A stretch of 64,000 nt of DNA from an uncultured virus (IMG/VR IMGVR_UViG_3300002294_000003) (IMGVR_UViG_3300002294_000003:1-64000), one strand, 5' to 3'. Positions 38,320-49,081 are shown, numbered from the stretch's first letter. Numbers and translations: made by a program. The notes: a model not told the origin generated them from the sequence alone.

Positions 38320-38477
38320 CGCCTAGACTTTCTTAAACCAAACTTAGCCAAGTATACATAGATAGTTTCTACACTGACACCACATTCCTTTGCAATGTCT
38401 TCTGGGCTTTTCTTATCTAAGTGATATCTTTTTTTTAACCATGTTTGATTTGTATATAGTTTAGCAGAGTTGGCCAT
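38316..38477 (-). CDS. small HTH DNA-binding protein (53 aa)
   Basis: Manual translation: LYTNQTWLKKRY..SPEDIAKECGVSVETIYVYLAKFGL. Confidence 0.7.
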   Translation of the reverse strand: MANSAKLYTNQTWLKKRYHLDKKSPEDIAKECGVSVETIYVYLAKFGLRKSRR

Positions 38478-38482
38478 GTTTG

Positions 38483-39058
38483 TCAATCCCCCAGCTTTTC
38501 CCAGTTATTTAAAGAGTAGTGCCCAATACCAATTGCATCTGCAATATCATTATCACTAATATCTAAATCATAATTAATATTAACAAAGTTTATTGTTTTT
38601 TGTTTTCTAGCTTCTCTTTCATTTTGCTTATACCAAGACTCAGACTTATTTGGGTTAAGCTTTCTCATTAAAATCTTTGCATCTTTTGTGAGCTTACCAT
38701 TACCAATATAGCTTTGCCAGGCTATTGGGTTAGTTCCTTTAAATATCTTAACACCTGCCAAAGATGCACCAGCTAAAATAGCACCCTGAACCATAGAAAG
38801 TTCCGACATAGTTTTAGGACTGTTGATAAACACGGCTCGTTCAATTACAACCGCTTCTGGATTAAGATCTTGGATTACAGTAACCACAGAACCAATTGCA
38901 CTTGCTATTTTTTGATAAACATCTTTTCCAGAAAACTCAACCTTGCCGCTTATTACTAATTGCTTTCCCTCAAATACTGCATATGCAATACTTGTTGTGC
39001 TAGCATCTATAGACATTATTCTGTTTGGAACATAAATAAATTTATTCAGATTTACCAT
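38483..39058 (-). CDS. ruvC: RuvC-like Holliday junction resolvase
   Basis: MSIDAS, VVIER, DNDIADAIGIG. Confidence 0.8.
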   Translation of the reverse strand: MVNLNKFIYVPNRIMSIDASTTSIAYAVFEGKQLVISGKVEFSGKDVYQKIASAIGSVVTVIQDLNPEAVVIERAVFINSPKTMSELSMVQGAILAGASLAGVKIFKGTNPIAWQSYIGNGKLTKDAKILMRKLNPNKSESWYKQNEREARKQKTINFVNINYDLDISDNDIADAIGIGHYSLNNWEKLGD

Positions 39059-39335
39059 TTAGCAAACCCTTTATTTCTTTTAATGCCTTTTTTACTTCAA
39101 GTGGATTAACCAGGCACTTTGTGCATAACGGATCATCGTTGTAGACTGAAAGTGGTTCTCCACAGCCCTTGCATTTTCTGATTTTTCCTATTCTTTTATT
39201 ACGCCTATTTTGGGCATATTTTTCTGCCATCTTTTCTTTTGTGGCAGCTTCTCTACATTCTGGAGAGCAGTAAATCTGATATGAAATGCTGGTTTCAAAT
39301 GTGTGGTCACACCACTCACAGTGCTTTTGCTTCAT
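39042..39335 (-). CDS. Zn-finger protein
   Basis: CEWC..YCSPEC..CKGC..CTKC. Confidence 0.75.
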   Translation of the reverse strand: MKQKHCEWCDHTFETSISYQIYCSPECREAATKEKMAEKYAQNRRNKRIGKIRKCKGCGEPLSVYNDDPLCTKCLVNPLEVKKALKEIKGLLNGKSE

Positions 39336-40113
39336 CTAGCAGCTCCAAGGAATTGATTTTAATCAGTCCCTTGCCAGCTTCAGCACATGCCTTTTGTATT
39401 GGACATGTCTTGCATATCTTAGAATTAGAGCGATAGTTTTTCTCAGGAAGCTGTTTATCTTCCCATGCTTTTCTTACCGTCCTCATCCAGTCAAACGTCT
39501 GGTTTACCCACCTGATGTAATAGTCACTAATCTCTACTGGAATAACCAGTAGATCGTGATTGTTTTTATTTTCATAAATCAAGACAGCTTTCGTCTTGTT
39601 TAGAATCTTCATATAAATTAGTAGCTGTACTAAGTGCCCTAGTTTTGGCTTACCGCTTGCTTTACGATATTCAAATCCTTCGCTTGGCATAGTCTTTATT
39701 TCGCCAAGAAGATCTTCTCCAGCCCAATCAAGAATGACATCTCCAAAGCCAAATATTGGTGGATCATTCCAAGTAATCTTAAATTCTGAATCTTTAAGAA
39801 TACCAGCATCTGCCATTGCTTGCTGAATACGCTCATGTGACTTTGTGCCACTAGTCATATTGGCACCGCCATAAGCATCAGCATTATCTTCAAACATGGC
39901 ACCTTCAAATGCTAGGTACCAGTAACGTGGACACTCTCCATGAGAGTATGCTATTGTGCTTGGTGCAAAAGAGTTTTTCTTAGCAAACTTGGTTTCACGC
40001 TTGGCAATGTAACCATAGTTAATTTTATCAATAAGCTCTTGCGTATTCAAAAATGATTTTGGTGACTCTTCTGCTTTCTTAAGCATTACTTGTTGTAGAA
40101 AATTTTTAGCCAT
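39316..40113 (-). CDS. Cas4-like PD-(D/E)xK exonuclease
   Basis: CPR, GT..H, D..EIKT, QLLIY, CKTCPIQKAC. Confidence 0.85.
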   Translation of the reverse strand: MAKNFLQQVMLKKAEESPKSFLNTQELIDKINYGYIAKRETKFAKKNSFAPSTIAYSHGECPRYWYLAFEGAMFEDNADAYGGANMTSGTKSHERIQQAMADAGILKDSEFKITWNDPPIFGFGDVILDWAGEDLLGEIKTMPSEGFEYRKASGKPKLGHLVQLLIYMKILNKTKAVLIYENKNNHDLLVIPVEISDYYIRWVNQTFDWMRTVRKAWEDKQLPEKNYRSNSKICKTCPIQKACAEAGKGLIKINSLELLDEAKAL

Positions 40114-40120
40114 ATCCTAC

Positions 40121-40435
40121 TTAGCGAATAATATATTTAAGAGCAGCTACTAAATCATTAATAGATTCAGCAGCAGTATAATAAATATTCTTTTTCGCTC
40201 TATCTCCCTTTTCTACGTTAGCTGACCAAGTCGCCTTAAAAGCCATTTTAGCAGCGATAGCTTGAAGCCTTACGATTTCAAGGGTGGCCACATTCATTGG
40301 AATATCTGGCTTTAGTATAATCTTGGCAATAAATGTAAGTGCTTGTGTAAGCTCTTCATCTTCCATAAAGTCTGCAATCTCTGCTAGACCATTTACCATT
40401 TCTAATGTTGTTTTATCTTTTGTTACTTGTTCCAT
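40121..40435 (-). CDS. hypothetical protein, leaderless
   Basis: TATAAT-N6-ATG. Confidence 0.75.
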   Translation of the reverse strand: MEQVTKDKTTLEMVNGLAEIADFMEDEELTQALTFIAKIILKPDIPMNVATLEIVRLQAIAAKMAFKATWSANVEKGDRAKKNIYYTAAESINDLVAALKYIIR

Positions 40436-40442
40436 TAGACTA

Positions 40443-41051
40443 TTATACCACGCCGTCCGCTTCCTGGATAGCCTGCTTTTCTTTGCTTGTCACTTTGCCA
40501 TTTGGCACTAGCCATGGCAAAAGAATGTCGTATAAATCTACTAAAAGGTTGACATCCTGAATCTGATATTCTTTCATCTGCTTCCAGGACTTTTTGTCAT
40601 TATCCATGCATCCAAGCCAAAGCGAAAAACCAGAATGCTTAACCTTGGCACCAACCTCTAGCTTTTGTGCCACATAGTCTAGCTTATTGGATGGGAATAG
40701 AAAGTTTGCCTTTGTTACACTCATAAGGTCTAGATCCTTTACAGTAGATGGGGGCATCATTCCATTTTCCAAAAATTCACGGTTGATGTGTTTGTGGTCA
40801 AATGCTGCTGAGTTCCAACCAACAAGAACATCTGCCTCATCCATTAGGCTGTGTAGCTCTTCTAGCATAGCTTTTTTGCCATCGTGATAAACTGATCGAA
40901 AGATTACTTTCTTTTCTCCAAGCCATCTGGCTCCAAAGCATAGCATTTCTGTGCTTTTAATAATCTGATCTATTGTAATATTTTGATCAAATAGTCCCCA
41001 TGCATATACCTGCATTGGCGTTGTTTCAATATCTAAAAATAATGTTTTCAT
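40443..41051 (-). CDS. RNase H-like DEDD 3'-5' exonuclease
   Basis: LDIET, WNSAAFD, YQIQDV. Confidence 0.85.
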   Translation of the reverse strand: MKTLFLDIETTPMQVYAWGLFDQNITIDQIIKSTEMLCFGARWLGEKKVIFRSVYHDGKKAMLEELHSLMDEADVLVGWNSAAFDHKHINREFLENGMMPPSTVKDLDLMSVTKANFLFPSNKLDYVAQKLEVGAKVKHSGFSLWLGCMDNDKKSWKQMKEYQIQDVNLLVDLYDILLPWLVPNGKVTSKEKQAIQEADGVV

Positions 41052-41053
41052 AA

Positions 41054-41335
41054 TTAATCCTCCAATAACTGCTCTAATAGAGATAGCTCTATTATTGCCA
41101 GCCTTGTCTTTTTATTTCCTTCTCCTAGTACTACTATAATTGCTGGATCATTTCCATTTTTTATTGCATCTGTTACTGTTTTTGCCCAATTGTCTTGATT
41201 AATGGTAAATCCTTTTGGGTATTCTTTAAAATCTACTGTGAAATTTTCCCAAGTGGCATCGCCTTTCTTAATGCCACGCCCACTATTTTTAGTTTGCCTG
41301 GCACCAAGACGCTTAGTCTCTGCTCTCTCGCTCAT
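41054..41335 (-). CDS. Hjc-like resolvase/endonuclease
   Basis: SER..NSG..KGD..VDFK. Confidence 0.6.
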   Translation of the reverse strand: MSERAETKRLGARQTKNSGRGIKKGDATWENFTVDFKEYPKGFTINQDNWAKTVTDAIKNGNDPAIIVVLGEGNKKTRLAIIELSLLEQLLED

Positions 41336-41510
41336 AGTCTTTCTTTTTCTTAACCTTTAAAGATACTTCACTAATGTGCTTGTCAGAGCACATCCATGTA
41401 AGCAAACTATCCTCAACATAGTGTCTTAAACTGTTAACATCTTTATTACAAACTTGACACTTAAACTGTCCTGGGTGAATATTATATTTAGACACCGTGG
41501 ACCTTTGCAT
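41313..41510 (-). CDS. small Zn-ribbon protein
   Basis: CQVC..CSDKH. Confidence 0.6.
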   Translation of the reverse strand: MQRSTVSKYNIHPGQFKCQVCNKDVNSLRHYVEDSLLTWMCSDKHISEVSLKVKKKKDYERESRD

Positions 41511-42498
41511 ATAAAGATTCGTATAGGGCTTTGTCTTCTTTTACCCTGTCTACAAATGCATCACGGCCTTGTATTTTAGTGCCATCATCTAGCTGATACC
41601 AGGCACCAGTTCTATTTACAAACCCAAGCATCTCTGCAGTATCTACAAGATCTCCAACCATATCAATTCCAATCAAATCTCCACGGTAGTAAAAGTCATA
41701 TTCTGCACTATCTCCTGGAGCAGAAGTCTTTGAGTTTAAAACTTCCCACCTAACTTTACGGCCTACTTTTTGTTCAATTATCTTATCTCCTACCTTGATC
41801 TTAGCCTTAATTGCCTGAGAATCGGAGCTGGATGAAAATAGCTTAACAATTGTAGATGACATAAACTGTGTGGTCAGTCCGCCTGTTGGGGCAGCCTGAG
41901 TATAAGTTTGCTGAATATTATTGCGTGACTGAGAAATTGCAATAATCAGTGCTGGCTTTTCACGATTATTGGCATAGTTAAGCATTAGCCATGCATGCTT
42001 TAAGTCTTTAGACTCTGCACCAATCTGCTTGGTTTGATCCAATGGCTTTAGCTCTGTAGAGTCTTTTTCAAAATATACCGCTGGGAGCAAAGAGCTAATG
42101 CTGTCAATTACAATTAAATCAACTCCTGCGTTTAAAAGTGCAACGCCAACGTCAACCATTTCATTAATACTTCTAGCTTCTGAATAAATTAGCTTAGATG
42201 TGTCTACACCAAGCTTCTTCGCCCATTCCTCATCATAGGACATTTCTGCATCAATCCAGGCACAGAGCTTGCCTTCTTTTTGTGCCATACCTATCATCTG
42301 TAAGCACAAGGAAGACTTTGCACTAGACTTACTTCCCCAAAGCAAAACTTGTCTGCCATATGGGAAACCACCACCAAGTGCTCTGTTTAATCCAGCACTT
42401 GGAGTAGGTTGAATCTCTATCTTAATTCCCTCTCCAGTGCCTATTCTTTTTCTAATCTTCGGATCTAGCTGAGCTAGTGCCTCTTCAACTGTTGTCAA
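41488..42498 (-). CDS. recA: RecA/UvsX-like recombinase
   Basis: ALGGGFPYGR, GSKSSAKSS, WIDAE, VIDSI, GAWY. Confidence 0.92.
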   Translation of the reverse strand: MTTVEEALAQLDPKIRKRIGTGEGIKIEIQPTPSAGLNRALGGGFPYGRQVLLWGSKSSAKSSLCLQMIGMAQKEGKLCAWIDAEMSYDEEWAKKLGVDTSKLIYSEARSINEMVDVGVALLNAGVDLIVIDSISSLLPAVYFEKDSTELKPLDQTKQIGAESKDLKHAWLMLNYANNREKPALIIAISQSRNNIQQTYTQAAPTGGLTTQFMSSTIVKLFSSSSDSQAIKAKIKVGDKIIEQKVGRKVRWEVLNSKTSAPGDSAEYDFYYRGDLIGIDMVGDLVDTAEMLGFVNRTGAWYQLDDGTKIQGRDAFVDRVKEDKALYESLYAKVHGV

Positions 42499-45400
42499 TT
42501 ACGTCCTCCATTATCACAGTTCCATCTTTTGTTTTACCAAACTCAAATTTATAGGCATGCCCCTCTTTAATTTTCATATAGGCCTTAGCAAAAGATGTAG
42601 GAAACACAGTAACAGAGTGTAGCTCTCTGGCAGTATCTGCTAAGGTTAGTGATGCCATCTTTTTCCCTGCCTTTGTAACTCTAGGCCTAAAAGAAACTAC
42701 ATAAAATTCATCTTCTTTATACGGCAATTGCCTGTAGTTTAAAAATTTTACTAAGGCATTTTCGTTGCCTTTAATCTCATCTACTGGTATAGCAGAAACA
42801 ATCCTATTATCGCTAGCCAATAGAAGATACGTACGACCTGGCTCAATTGTAGTTTGCTCTTCATCAAAAATTCCTACGCTTCCAGTTTTATCCAATACCT
42901 CTACACGTGACCACCCCTTGCCACGCTTGATACCCTTAATCATTCCCATCAAAACAAATGAACCCTTTTCTTCAAACTCTTCTATATCATTAATAAATGC
43001 ATAGTAGTGGGATGGAATATCAATGTTAAATTCTGGCAAATTTAGATATTCGTAAAGATTTTCCCTTACTTCATTTTCATTTCTAGGATTATCTTCAAAC
43101 GTTGCTGCACCAACAAGTCTTAGTGCTTGAAGAGCACGGCTATTTACACCATTACCCTTACCAAACGTAAATGTCTCTAGCTCTTTGTAAGAAGCAAATG
43201 GTCGCCTAGCTATATACTTCTTAGCAATATTGTCTGAAATATACTTAATTGCTGTTAGTCCAAACCTAATACCCTTGCCCTCAATTTTAAAATCAATGTC
43301 AGATTCATTAATATGTGGTAAACGAATTGGGATATTCATACGCTTTGCTTCGATCAAGTACTCTGTGCGAGCATCTTTGTCTTTTTCATTCTTAAGAACA
43401 GAATACATAAACTCAATTGGATAGTATTTCTTTAACCATGCCGTCCAATATGAGAGCGTAGAGTACGCCACAGCGTGAGACTTATTGAACGAATACCCAG
43501 CATGGGCCTCAAAATCAGACCATAAATCACGTGCGACATTGGGGGCGAGATATTTTGAAGCACCTTCAACAAACTTTTCCCTAAACTGGTCAAACTCTTT
43601 TGCATCCTTTTTCTTTCCAATAATCTTACGAACCTTGTCTGCCTCTGCCATTGTCATGCCGCCAAGATTTACACAGGCCTGCATGACCTGCTCCTGGTAC
43701 AAAATGCATCCATAAGTTTCTGAAGTAAACTCTTTCATTACTTGGTGATGGTAGGCAATGTTTTGCTTTCCATGCTTACGTGCTATATAGTCTTTGCCGA
43801 TAGTATTCATTGCACCTGGTCTAACCAAAGCGTTAGACGCTGCAAGCTCTGCAAAGCTCTTGACTCCCATTTTTACAAGCAAGTTGGTGTATGGTGTAGC
43901 TTCACACTGAAAAACTCCCTTGGTGTATCCAAAAGATAGCATTTCATATACCTTTGGATCTTCCATATCAATTTCTAATAGGTTGATATCTTGACCAGTT
44001 CTATCTTTAATGATGTCAAGGGTATCACGCAGAACAGACAAGGTCTTTAGACCAAGGGCATCAATCTTAATTAACCCAATGCGTTCTGCCTCTTCCATGT
44101 CTACTGCAACTACAGGAATCCTGTCTCCACTTCCTGGCGATGTTCGTGTTTCCATTGGAGCATACTTAAAAATTGGATGCTTAGAAGTAACAACACCAGC
44201 AGCGTGAATACCAGTTCCTCTAATACGACCACGAAGCTGCTCTCCATACTTTTCAATCTCAGGATATTTCTCTCTAAACCAGGCAGCCTGTTTTGACGTA
44301 CAGTAGTCGTCCCAGGTATCTACAACTTTCATAACTTTATTTACATCTGATAATGGAATATTAAGAACACGTGCAATATCACGCACCACGCCCTTATCTT
44401 TAAATTCTAAGAAGGTAGCAATAGACGCTACGTGACGATATTGCCTAACAAGATAGTCCTTTACCTCTTCACGGCGTGAATCCTGGATATCAGTGTCGAT
44501 GTCTGGAAAGTCATTACGTTCTGGATTAATAAAACGGAAGAAAAGAAGGCCATATTTAATTGGATCAATATCAGTTATTCCCAACGCATAGCACAGCAAT
44601 GAGCCAGCGGAAGATCCACGGCCTGGTCCAACCATAATGCCTTCTTTTTTAGCCCAAGCAATCATATTACGAACAACCAAGAAGTATGGCCCAAACTTTT
44701 TATCACGAATTACCTTTAGCTCTTCGTCTAGCCTATCCAAATATTTTTGGTTATCCTTTATTCCTCTGGCCTCAAGGCCTTCAAGTGCTAACTTTCTAAG
44801 CTCTTCATCTGGTTTTTGATACTGAACTGGAAGCAGATCAAGGTGGTCTTTGATGTCGTAGTCCTCTACCTTATTTGCAATTTCTATAGTATGGGTATAG
44901 ATATCTTCCCTATCAATGCCCTGCTTTTCCATTTCTCTGTGCATTTCTTCATCGGAAAGTAGGTGAATTTCAAATTTATTAAAAGACATTTGCCTGTCTG
45001 AACCATATAGGTAGTCTAATCTATCCATTAAGTTAGAATGTTTTAGTGACTTTTCATACGTTGCATCTTTTGTAATCTTATTTGCATAAGTGTTTAGGAT
45101 TAGCTTTAATTCTTGTATCTCTTTTTGATCTGTGTGTGCATGGTGACAGTCTGGAGTTACAACTGCCTTGACTTCGAATTCGTCTGCTAATTCTAATAAT
45201 TGCTTATTAACTGTAGCTGGATTGTGTGGCATTACCTCAATATAATAGTCATCTTTAAACACACGCTTGTGCCACTCTATAATTCTTTTTGCTTCTGCTA
45301 GCTCTTCTGCCTCAATTGCCTTTGCCAGTGCACCAGATAGACATCCTGAAAGAACAACAAGTCCCTCAGAATATTTCTCTAGGACTTCATAATCTATTCT

Positions 45401-45766
45401 TGGTTTTTTAAAATAACCCTCTGTCCAAGCAATCTCATTAAGCTTATTTAAATTTTCTAGGCCATCCTGATTCTTAGCAAGAATAATTGTGTGGTTATAA
45501 ACAAGGTCTATAAGACCTTTTCTTTCTTCATTATCTCTTTGATCAAATCTATCTGATGTGATATAGGCTTCTACACCCAATATTGGCCTGATGCCACTCT
45601 CATTAGCAGCTCTAAAGAACTCTCTGTGACCAGACAGGGAGCCATGGTCAGTAATTGCTAATGCATTCATACCCAGTTCTTTTGCACGTTCTATATACTC
45701 CAAAGGAGTAGCTATACCGTCAAACAAACTGTAATGAGTGTGGACATGCAGACCAACATAGGACAT
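42485..45766 (-). CDS. dnaE: DNA polymerase III alpha subunit
   Basis: PHP domain HVHTHYSLFDG; GRGSSAGS; PDIDTD; YSFNKSH. Confidence 0.96.
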   Translation of the reverse strand: MSYVGLHVHTHYSLFDGIATPLEYIERAKELGMNALAITDHGSLSGHREFFRAANESGIRPILGVEAYITSDRFDQRDNEERKGLIDLVYNHTIILAKNQDGLENLNKLNEIAWTEGYFKKPRIDYEVLEKYSEGLVVLSGCLSGALAKAIEAEELAEAKRIIEWHKRVFKDDYYIEVMPHNPATVNKQLLELADEFEVKAVVTPDCHHAHTDQKEIQELKLILNTYANKITKDATYEKSLKHSNLMDRLDYLYGSDRQMSFNKFEIHLLSDEEMHREMEKQGIDREDIYTHTIEIANKVEDYDIKDHLDLLPVQYQKPDEELRKLALEGLEARGIKDNQKYLDRLDEELKVIRDKKFGPYFLVVRNMIAWAKKEGIMVGPGRGSSAGSLLCYALGITDIDPIKYGLLFFRFINPERNDFPDIDTDIQDSRREEVKDYLVRQYRHVASIATFLEFKDKGVVRDIARVLNIPLSDVNKVMKVVDTWDDYCTSKQAAWFREKYPEIEKYGEQLRGRIRGTGIHAAGVVTSKHPIFKYAPMETRTSPGSGDRIPVVAVDMEEAERIGLIKIDALGLKTLSVLRDTLDIIKDRTGQDINLLEIDMEDPKVYEMLSFGYTKGVFQCEATPYTNLLVKMGVKSFAELAASNALVRPGAMNTIGKDYIARKHGKQNIAYHHQVMKEFTSETYGCILYQEQVMQACVNLGGMTMAEADKVRKIIGKKKDAKEFDQFREKFVEGASKYLAPNVARDLWSDFEAHAGYSFNKSHAVAYSTLSYWTAWLKKYYPIEFMYSVLKNEKDKDARTEYLIEAKRMNIPIRLPHINESDIDFKIEGKGIRFGLTAIKYISDNIAKKYIARRPFASYKELETFTFGKGNGVNSRALQALRLVGAATFEDNPRNENEVRENLYEYLNLPEFNIDIPSHYYAFINDIEEFEEKGSFVLMGMIKGIKRGKGWSRVEVLDKTGSVGIFDEEQTTIEPGRTYLLLASDNRIVSAIPVDEIKGNENALVKFLNYRQLPYKEDEFYVVSFRPRVTKAGKKMASLTLADTARELHSVTVFPTSFAKAYMKIKEGHAYKFEFGKTKDGTVIMEDVIDNS

Positions 45767-45774
45767 AGATTATC

Positions 45775-46431
45775 TTACCAATCCATATTCGAATTAGAAT
45801 TGGAAGATGGTGTGTCAAACCCTAGGTAAAATGCCTCTTGCTCAGCATAAGGCACCTTGTTTAGGGCAGACTCAAGTGGGAATGGGCGAACATCATTCCA
45901 CACAAACGGCTCCTTATCTGGAGTCGAAGGAATGAGAGTGTAGCTTGTCTCAGTGCCCTGGCCGTTACGCTTTAGCTTCCAGGTTAGATTAGAGATGCTT
46001 CCAGTCTCAAGAGCATACTCACGGATAGTATTAAAAGATGACTGCTTGCTTACACCCATAGACCAAATTGCAACATATGGATCTTCTAGCCCATCATCAA
46101 CTAGCACGTTGCAATAAAAACGAAGACGTGCTCTCCATCCAGCCTTTGGATCTTTGCGGTGCATTTCTTCTGCCCAGTCACGACCCTCTGTATCCATAGT
46201 ATCTACAGCCTTACGCTTGTAGTCTTTTGGATTGGTGTGCTCCTTAACAACTAGAGCAAGACCACGGTCTTCAGAATAGCTTGGGCTATCCTCATCTAGT
46301 TCCTCAATAAAGCGAATCTTTACAGACTGTCCGTCTGCAAGCTTTAGCCAACGAACCTTGGCCTTGTTTTCATCATACTTTGGCTTATCAAGTAGTGCAT
46401 TGATATTTTTTAGCCCTTTTACTACGCTCAT
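45775..46431 (-). CDS. single-stranded DNA-binding protein (gp32-like)
   Basis: LKRNGQGTETSY motif; acidic/aromatic tail; position in the replication operon. Confidence 0.65.
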   Translation of the reverse strand: MSVVKGLKNINALLDKPKYDENKAKVRWLKLADGQSVKIRFIEELDEDSPSYSEDRGLALVVKEHTNPKDYKRKAVDTMDTEGRDWAEEMHRKDPKAGWRARLRFYCNVLVDDGLEDPYVAIWSMGVSKQSSFNTIREYALETGSISNLTWKLKRNGQGTETSYTLIPSTPDKEPFVWNDVRPFPLESALNKVPYAEQEAFYLGFDTPSSNSNSNMDW

Positions 46432-46457
46432 ATATATTCTCCTATATTTTTAGCTTC

Positions 46458-47402
46458 TTATTTTAGCATTGTGGCAATAGATTTGTCAAACGATTCATCA
46501 ATTAATTTGATTGCCTCATCTGTCATATCGCCTATATCTTTATATTTTTTATCTATATTTATTACGATAGTACGAGAGCCAAGATGTTCAATAATCTTGT
46601 CTTTCATATTACCGCCTGCTTCATCATTGTCTGCAATAACGCAAATGTTATTGAAGTATTTTTTGAGTAGGTCTATTTGGTAGTTTGAGACGTTTGCCCC
46701 CAATGTAGCCACCGCTGGAAATCCGCATTGATCTAGCCTTATGGCATCAAACGATGACTCAACTACATAAACCTTTTTGGATGATTTAACCCTGTGAAGA
46801 TTAAATAAAATTTTAGCCTTTGGCAGCTTTGGTGTATTTTTAAAGTCTTTGCCTTCAATAGATCTTCCAACAAATCCAACTTCCATGCCATCTGGAGAAT
46901 GTACTGGAATTGTAACCATGTCTTGCTTTTCTGAAAAGCCCAGGGCAAACTTTCTAACAGAAGCTTCATTAATTAATCTGCCCTCAAAATATCTCATTGC
47001 TCTTGGAGATTCTAATGCCTGAGTGTTTAATCGTTTAATCAGTATTTGATCAAATTGTGTGTATTCTGGGACATCTATCAATTTTTTATTTAAAGTATCT
47101 AGTACAGAAGATTGCTGCTCCTTACTTTTGATAAACCTAACAGCTTCAAAATATTTTCTACCAGAGACATGCATTATAAGCTCTACTAGATCACAGACGT
47201 GGTGGCAGGAAAAACAAAAGAATATGCCAGAATTTTTATCTACTTCGCCAGCTGGGGTACGATTGTTTGCGTGAAATGGACAAAACACAATAAAGTCTGT
47301 ATCTACCTCAGACTCTATATCTAGGCCTGCTCCCTCAAGAATTCTTTTGATTTGCTCTCTTGAATATAAATTGGTCTTATCTCGTCTATTCCTAGTATCC
47401 AT
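46458..47402 (-). CDS. dnaG: DNA primase
   Basis: CPFH..CFSC Zn finger; VVESSFD; ADNDEAG TOPRIM. Confidence 0.92.
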   Translation of the reverse strand: MDTRNRRDKTNLYSREQIKRILEGAGLDIESEVDTDFIVFCPFHANNRTPAGEVDKNSGIFFCFSCHHVCDLVELIMHVSGRKYFEAVRFIKSKEQQSSVLDTLNKKLIDVPEYTQFDQILIKRLNTQALESPRAMRYFEGRLINEASVRKFALGFSEKQDMVTIPVHSPDGMEVGFVGRSIEGKDFKNTPKLPKAKILFNLHRVKSSKKVYVVESSFDAIRLDQCGFPAVATLGANVSNYQIDLLKKYFNNICVIADNDEAGGNMKDKIIEHLGSRTIVINIDKKYKDIGDMTDEAIKLIDESFDKSIATMLK

Positions 47403-47647
47403 TCACTCTGTTTCTTTCCTATATAAATTCCGTATAAACTTATCTTAAACTCAAAATATCTTTTTTCTTCATTATAGCTTAGCGTAAAATCGGGGTTAAT
47501 GTCAAGTCTTGGCACATACCCAGATAACCTCATTTCTGCAACTAATAGCTTTATGTATTCACTTTTAAGCCTGGCAATGGCAGAGTCATCGTGGATGTTT
47601 CCATCCAGGCTAAATCTTTTAATTGCCTTATGGTGTAGGTTAAGCAT
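47321..47647 (-). CDS. hypothetical protein, leaderless
   Basis: TATAAT-N6-ATG. Confidence 0.65.
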   Translation of the reverse strand: MLNLHHKAIKRFSLDGNIHDDSAIARLKSEYIKLLVAEMRLSGYVPRLDINPDFTLSYNEEKRYFEFKISLYGIYIGKKQSEWILGIDEIRPIYIQESKSKEFLREQA

Positions 47648-47660
47648 GTATTAATTATAA

Positions 47661-48881
47661 CTACTTATCCTCAAAATCTTTATATCTATACCAGCCTTTA
47701 TCAAAATCAACCTGAACCAAAAAGTCCCCCATAAACCCATTACGGTTTTTTCTAAATACGCACTCAATAACGTCTGAGTTAGCACCACGCCCTAGGGCCA
47801 AAACCCAGTCAGCGTCGTAAGCAATTTGTCGTGACCAAGCTGTTTGACCAAGAGTTGGGACTGTGTCTAATTTAGTAACATCATCTGGCGTGGCAGAAGA
47901 AATTGCAATAATTGGAACTTCTTCTGATATAGCCATAAGTTTTAGTTCACGAGACAAGTTCTTCATACGTACCGTTTCGTTATCTGCCTTTGCATTGGGA
48001 CTCATTAGCTGCAGATAATCAACAATAACAAAGTCTGGCCTGTATTGATCTATTTTTCCACGCAAAACAGATGGTGTAATTTCTCCACCAGTATCATTAG
48101 AAATAATATGAAACTCTGGTTTACCAGAAAGATGTTTTTCGTGCCATCTTGTCAAATCATCTATATTAACTTGTCCACTGGAAAGCTTTCTGTGAGACCA
48201 CAGCCCTTCACCCATAATGGCATATACACGATTACGAACCTCTGCCTCGCCCATTTCAAGGCTTATGATCATCGGAGATTTGCCCTGTTTCCAGGCCTGT
48301 ACGGCGAAATAAAGGCTTAACCAAGATTTACCTATGCCTGGATAGGCCAAAAATACACCTAGCTGTCCTGGAGTAATTCCAGCTGGTAAGTAATTGTCAA
48401 ACCCTGGCAGTCCAGTTTTAATTCCAATAGAACCTAGCTCCTGCTCTCGCTGTAGTTGCTTATAGTATTCAATGGCTGAATGCAGGTCAGTCACATCAAT
48501 ATCCCTAATTACAGAAGTATTTTTCTTAAGTTCTGATGTCTTTGTAATTAATGATTCAAGGGCATTTGCACTGCTGCCGTTTTGAATTTCAGTGGCTGCA
48601 GAAACTAAGATTTCCTTAATGCTATTTTCAAGGTACTCTGCCTGAAGCTCTTCTAAGTGATGCTTGGTTGTGCCAATACCCTCTACTGGAGAAAAATCTC
48701 TAAACTTATCTACAACAATAGACTTTGGTGGAACAGACCCATTGATCTCAGCATATCTACGAATAAACTGCCAAATATCATTATGAGTTCTAAGTATCTT
48801 TTCTACATCTGCCTGTAGCAAAACATGAAGCTGCTTGTCTTCAAGTACTGCCGAAATTAGTCTATCTTCTGCACTATTCAT
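47661..48881 (-). CDS. dnaB: DnaB-like replicative helicase
   Basis: AYPGIGKS, SLEM, VDYLQLM, KNRNG. Confidence 0.93.
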   Translation of the reverse strand: MNSAEDRLISAVLEDKQLHVLLQADVEKILRTHNDIWQFIRRYAEINGSVPPKSIVVDKFRDFSPVEGIGTTKHHLEELQAEYLENSIKEILVSAATEIQNGSSANALESLITKTSELKKNTSVIRDIDVTDLHSAIEYYKQLQREQELGSIGIKTGLPGFDNYLPAGITPGQLGVFLAYPGIGKSWLSLYFAVQAWKQGKSPMIISLEMGEAEVRNRVYAIMGEGLWSHRKLSSGQVNIDDLTRWHEKHLSGKPEFHIISNDTGGEITPSVLRGKIDQYRPDFVIVDYLQLMSPNAKADNETVRMKNLSRELKLMAISEEVPIIAISSATPDDVTKLDTVPTLGQTAWSRQIAYDADWVLALGRGANSDVIECVFRKNRNGFMGDFLVQVDFDKGWYRYKDFEDK

Positions 48882-49081
48882 TGTCTACCCCATCTAACCC
48901 TAAGCCAAAGTCTTTCGTGAAAATAATAAAGAATAAAGTTAATTAAATTTGAGAGTAATGCCAGTGAGGCAGCAAAGTCTACACTACCAGTTAATACGTA
49001 TCCAACCACAAAGGTGCTTAAAATGGCAATAATTCTCCAAGTTATAGATTTGGCTAGTGACCTAGCTTTACTGATTTTCAC
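48878..49081 (-). CDS. DUF2061 membrane protein, copy 2
   Basis: RSLAKSITWR..YYFHERLWLRVRWG. Confidence 0.85.
   Translation of the reverse strand: MKISKARSLAKSITWRIIAILSTFVVGYVLTGSVDFAASLALLSNLINFILYYFHERLWLRVRWGRQ

Noticed and set aside
39316..40113. CRISPR-Cas system from the Cas4-like gene
   Set aside because: Solo Cas4-like nuclease in a recombination operon; no other cas genes or array.
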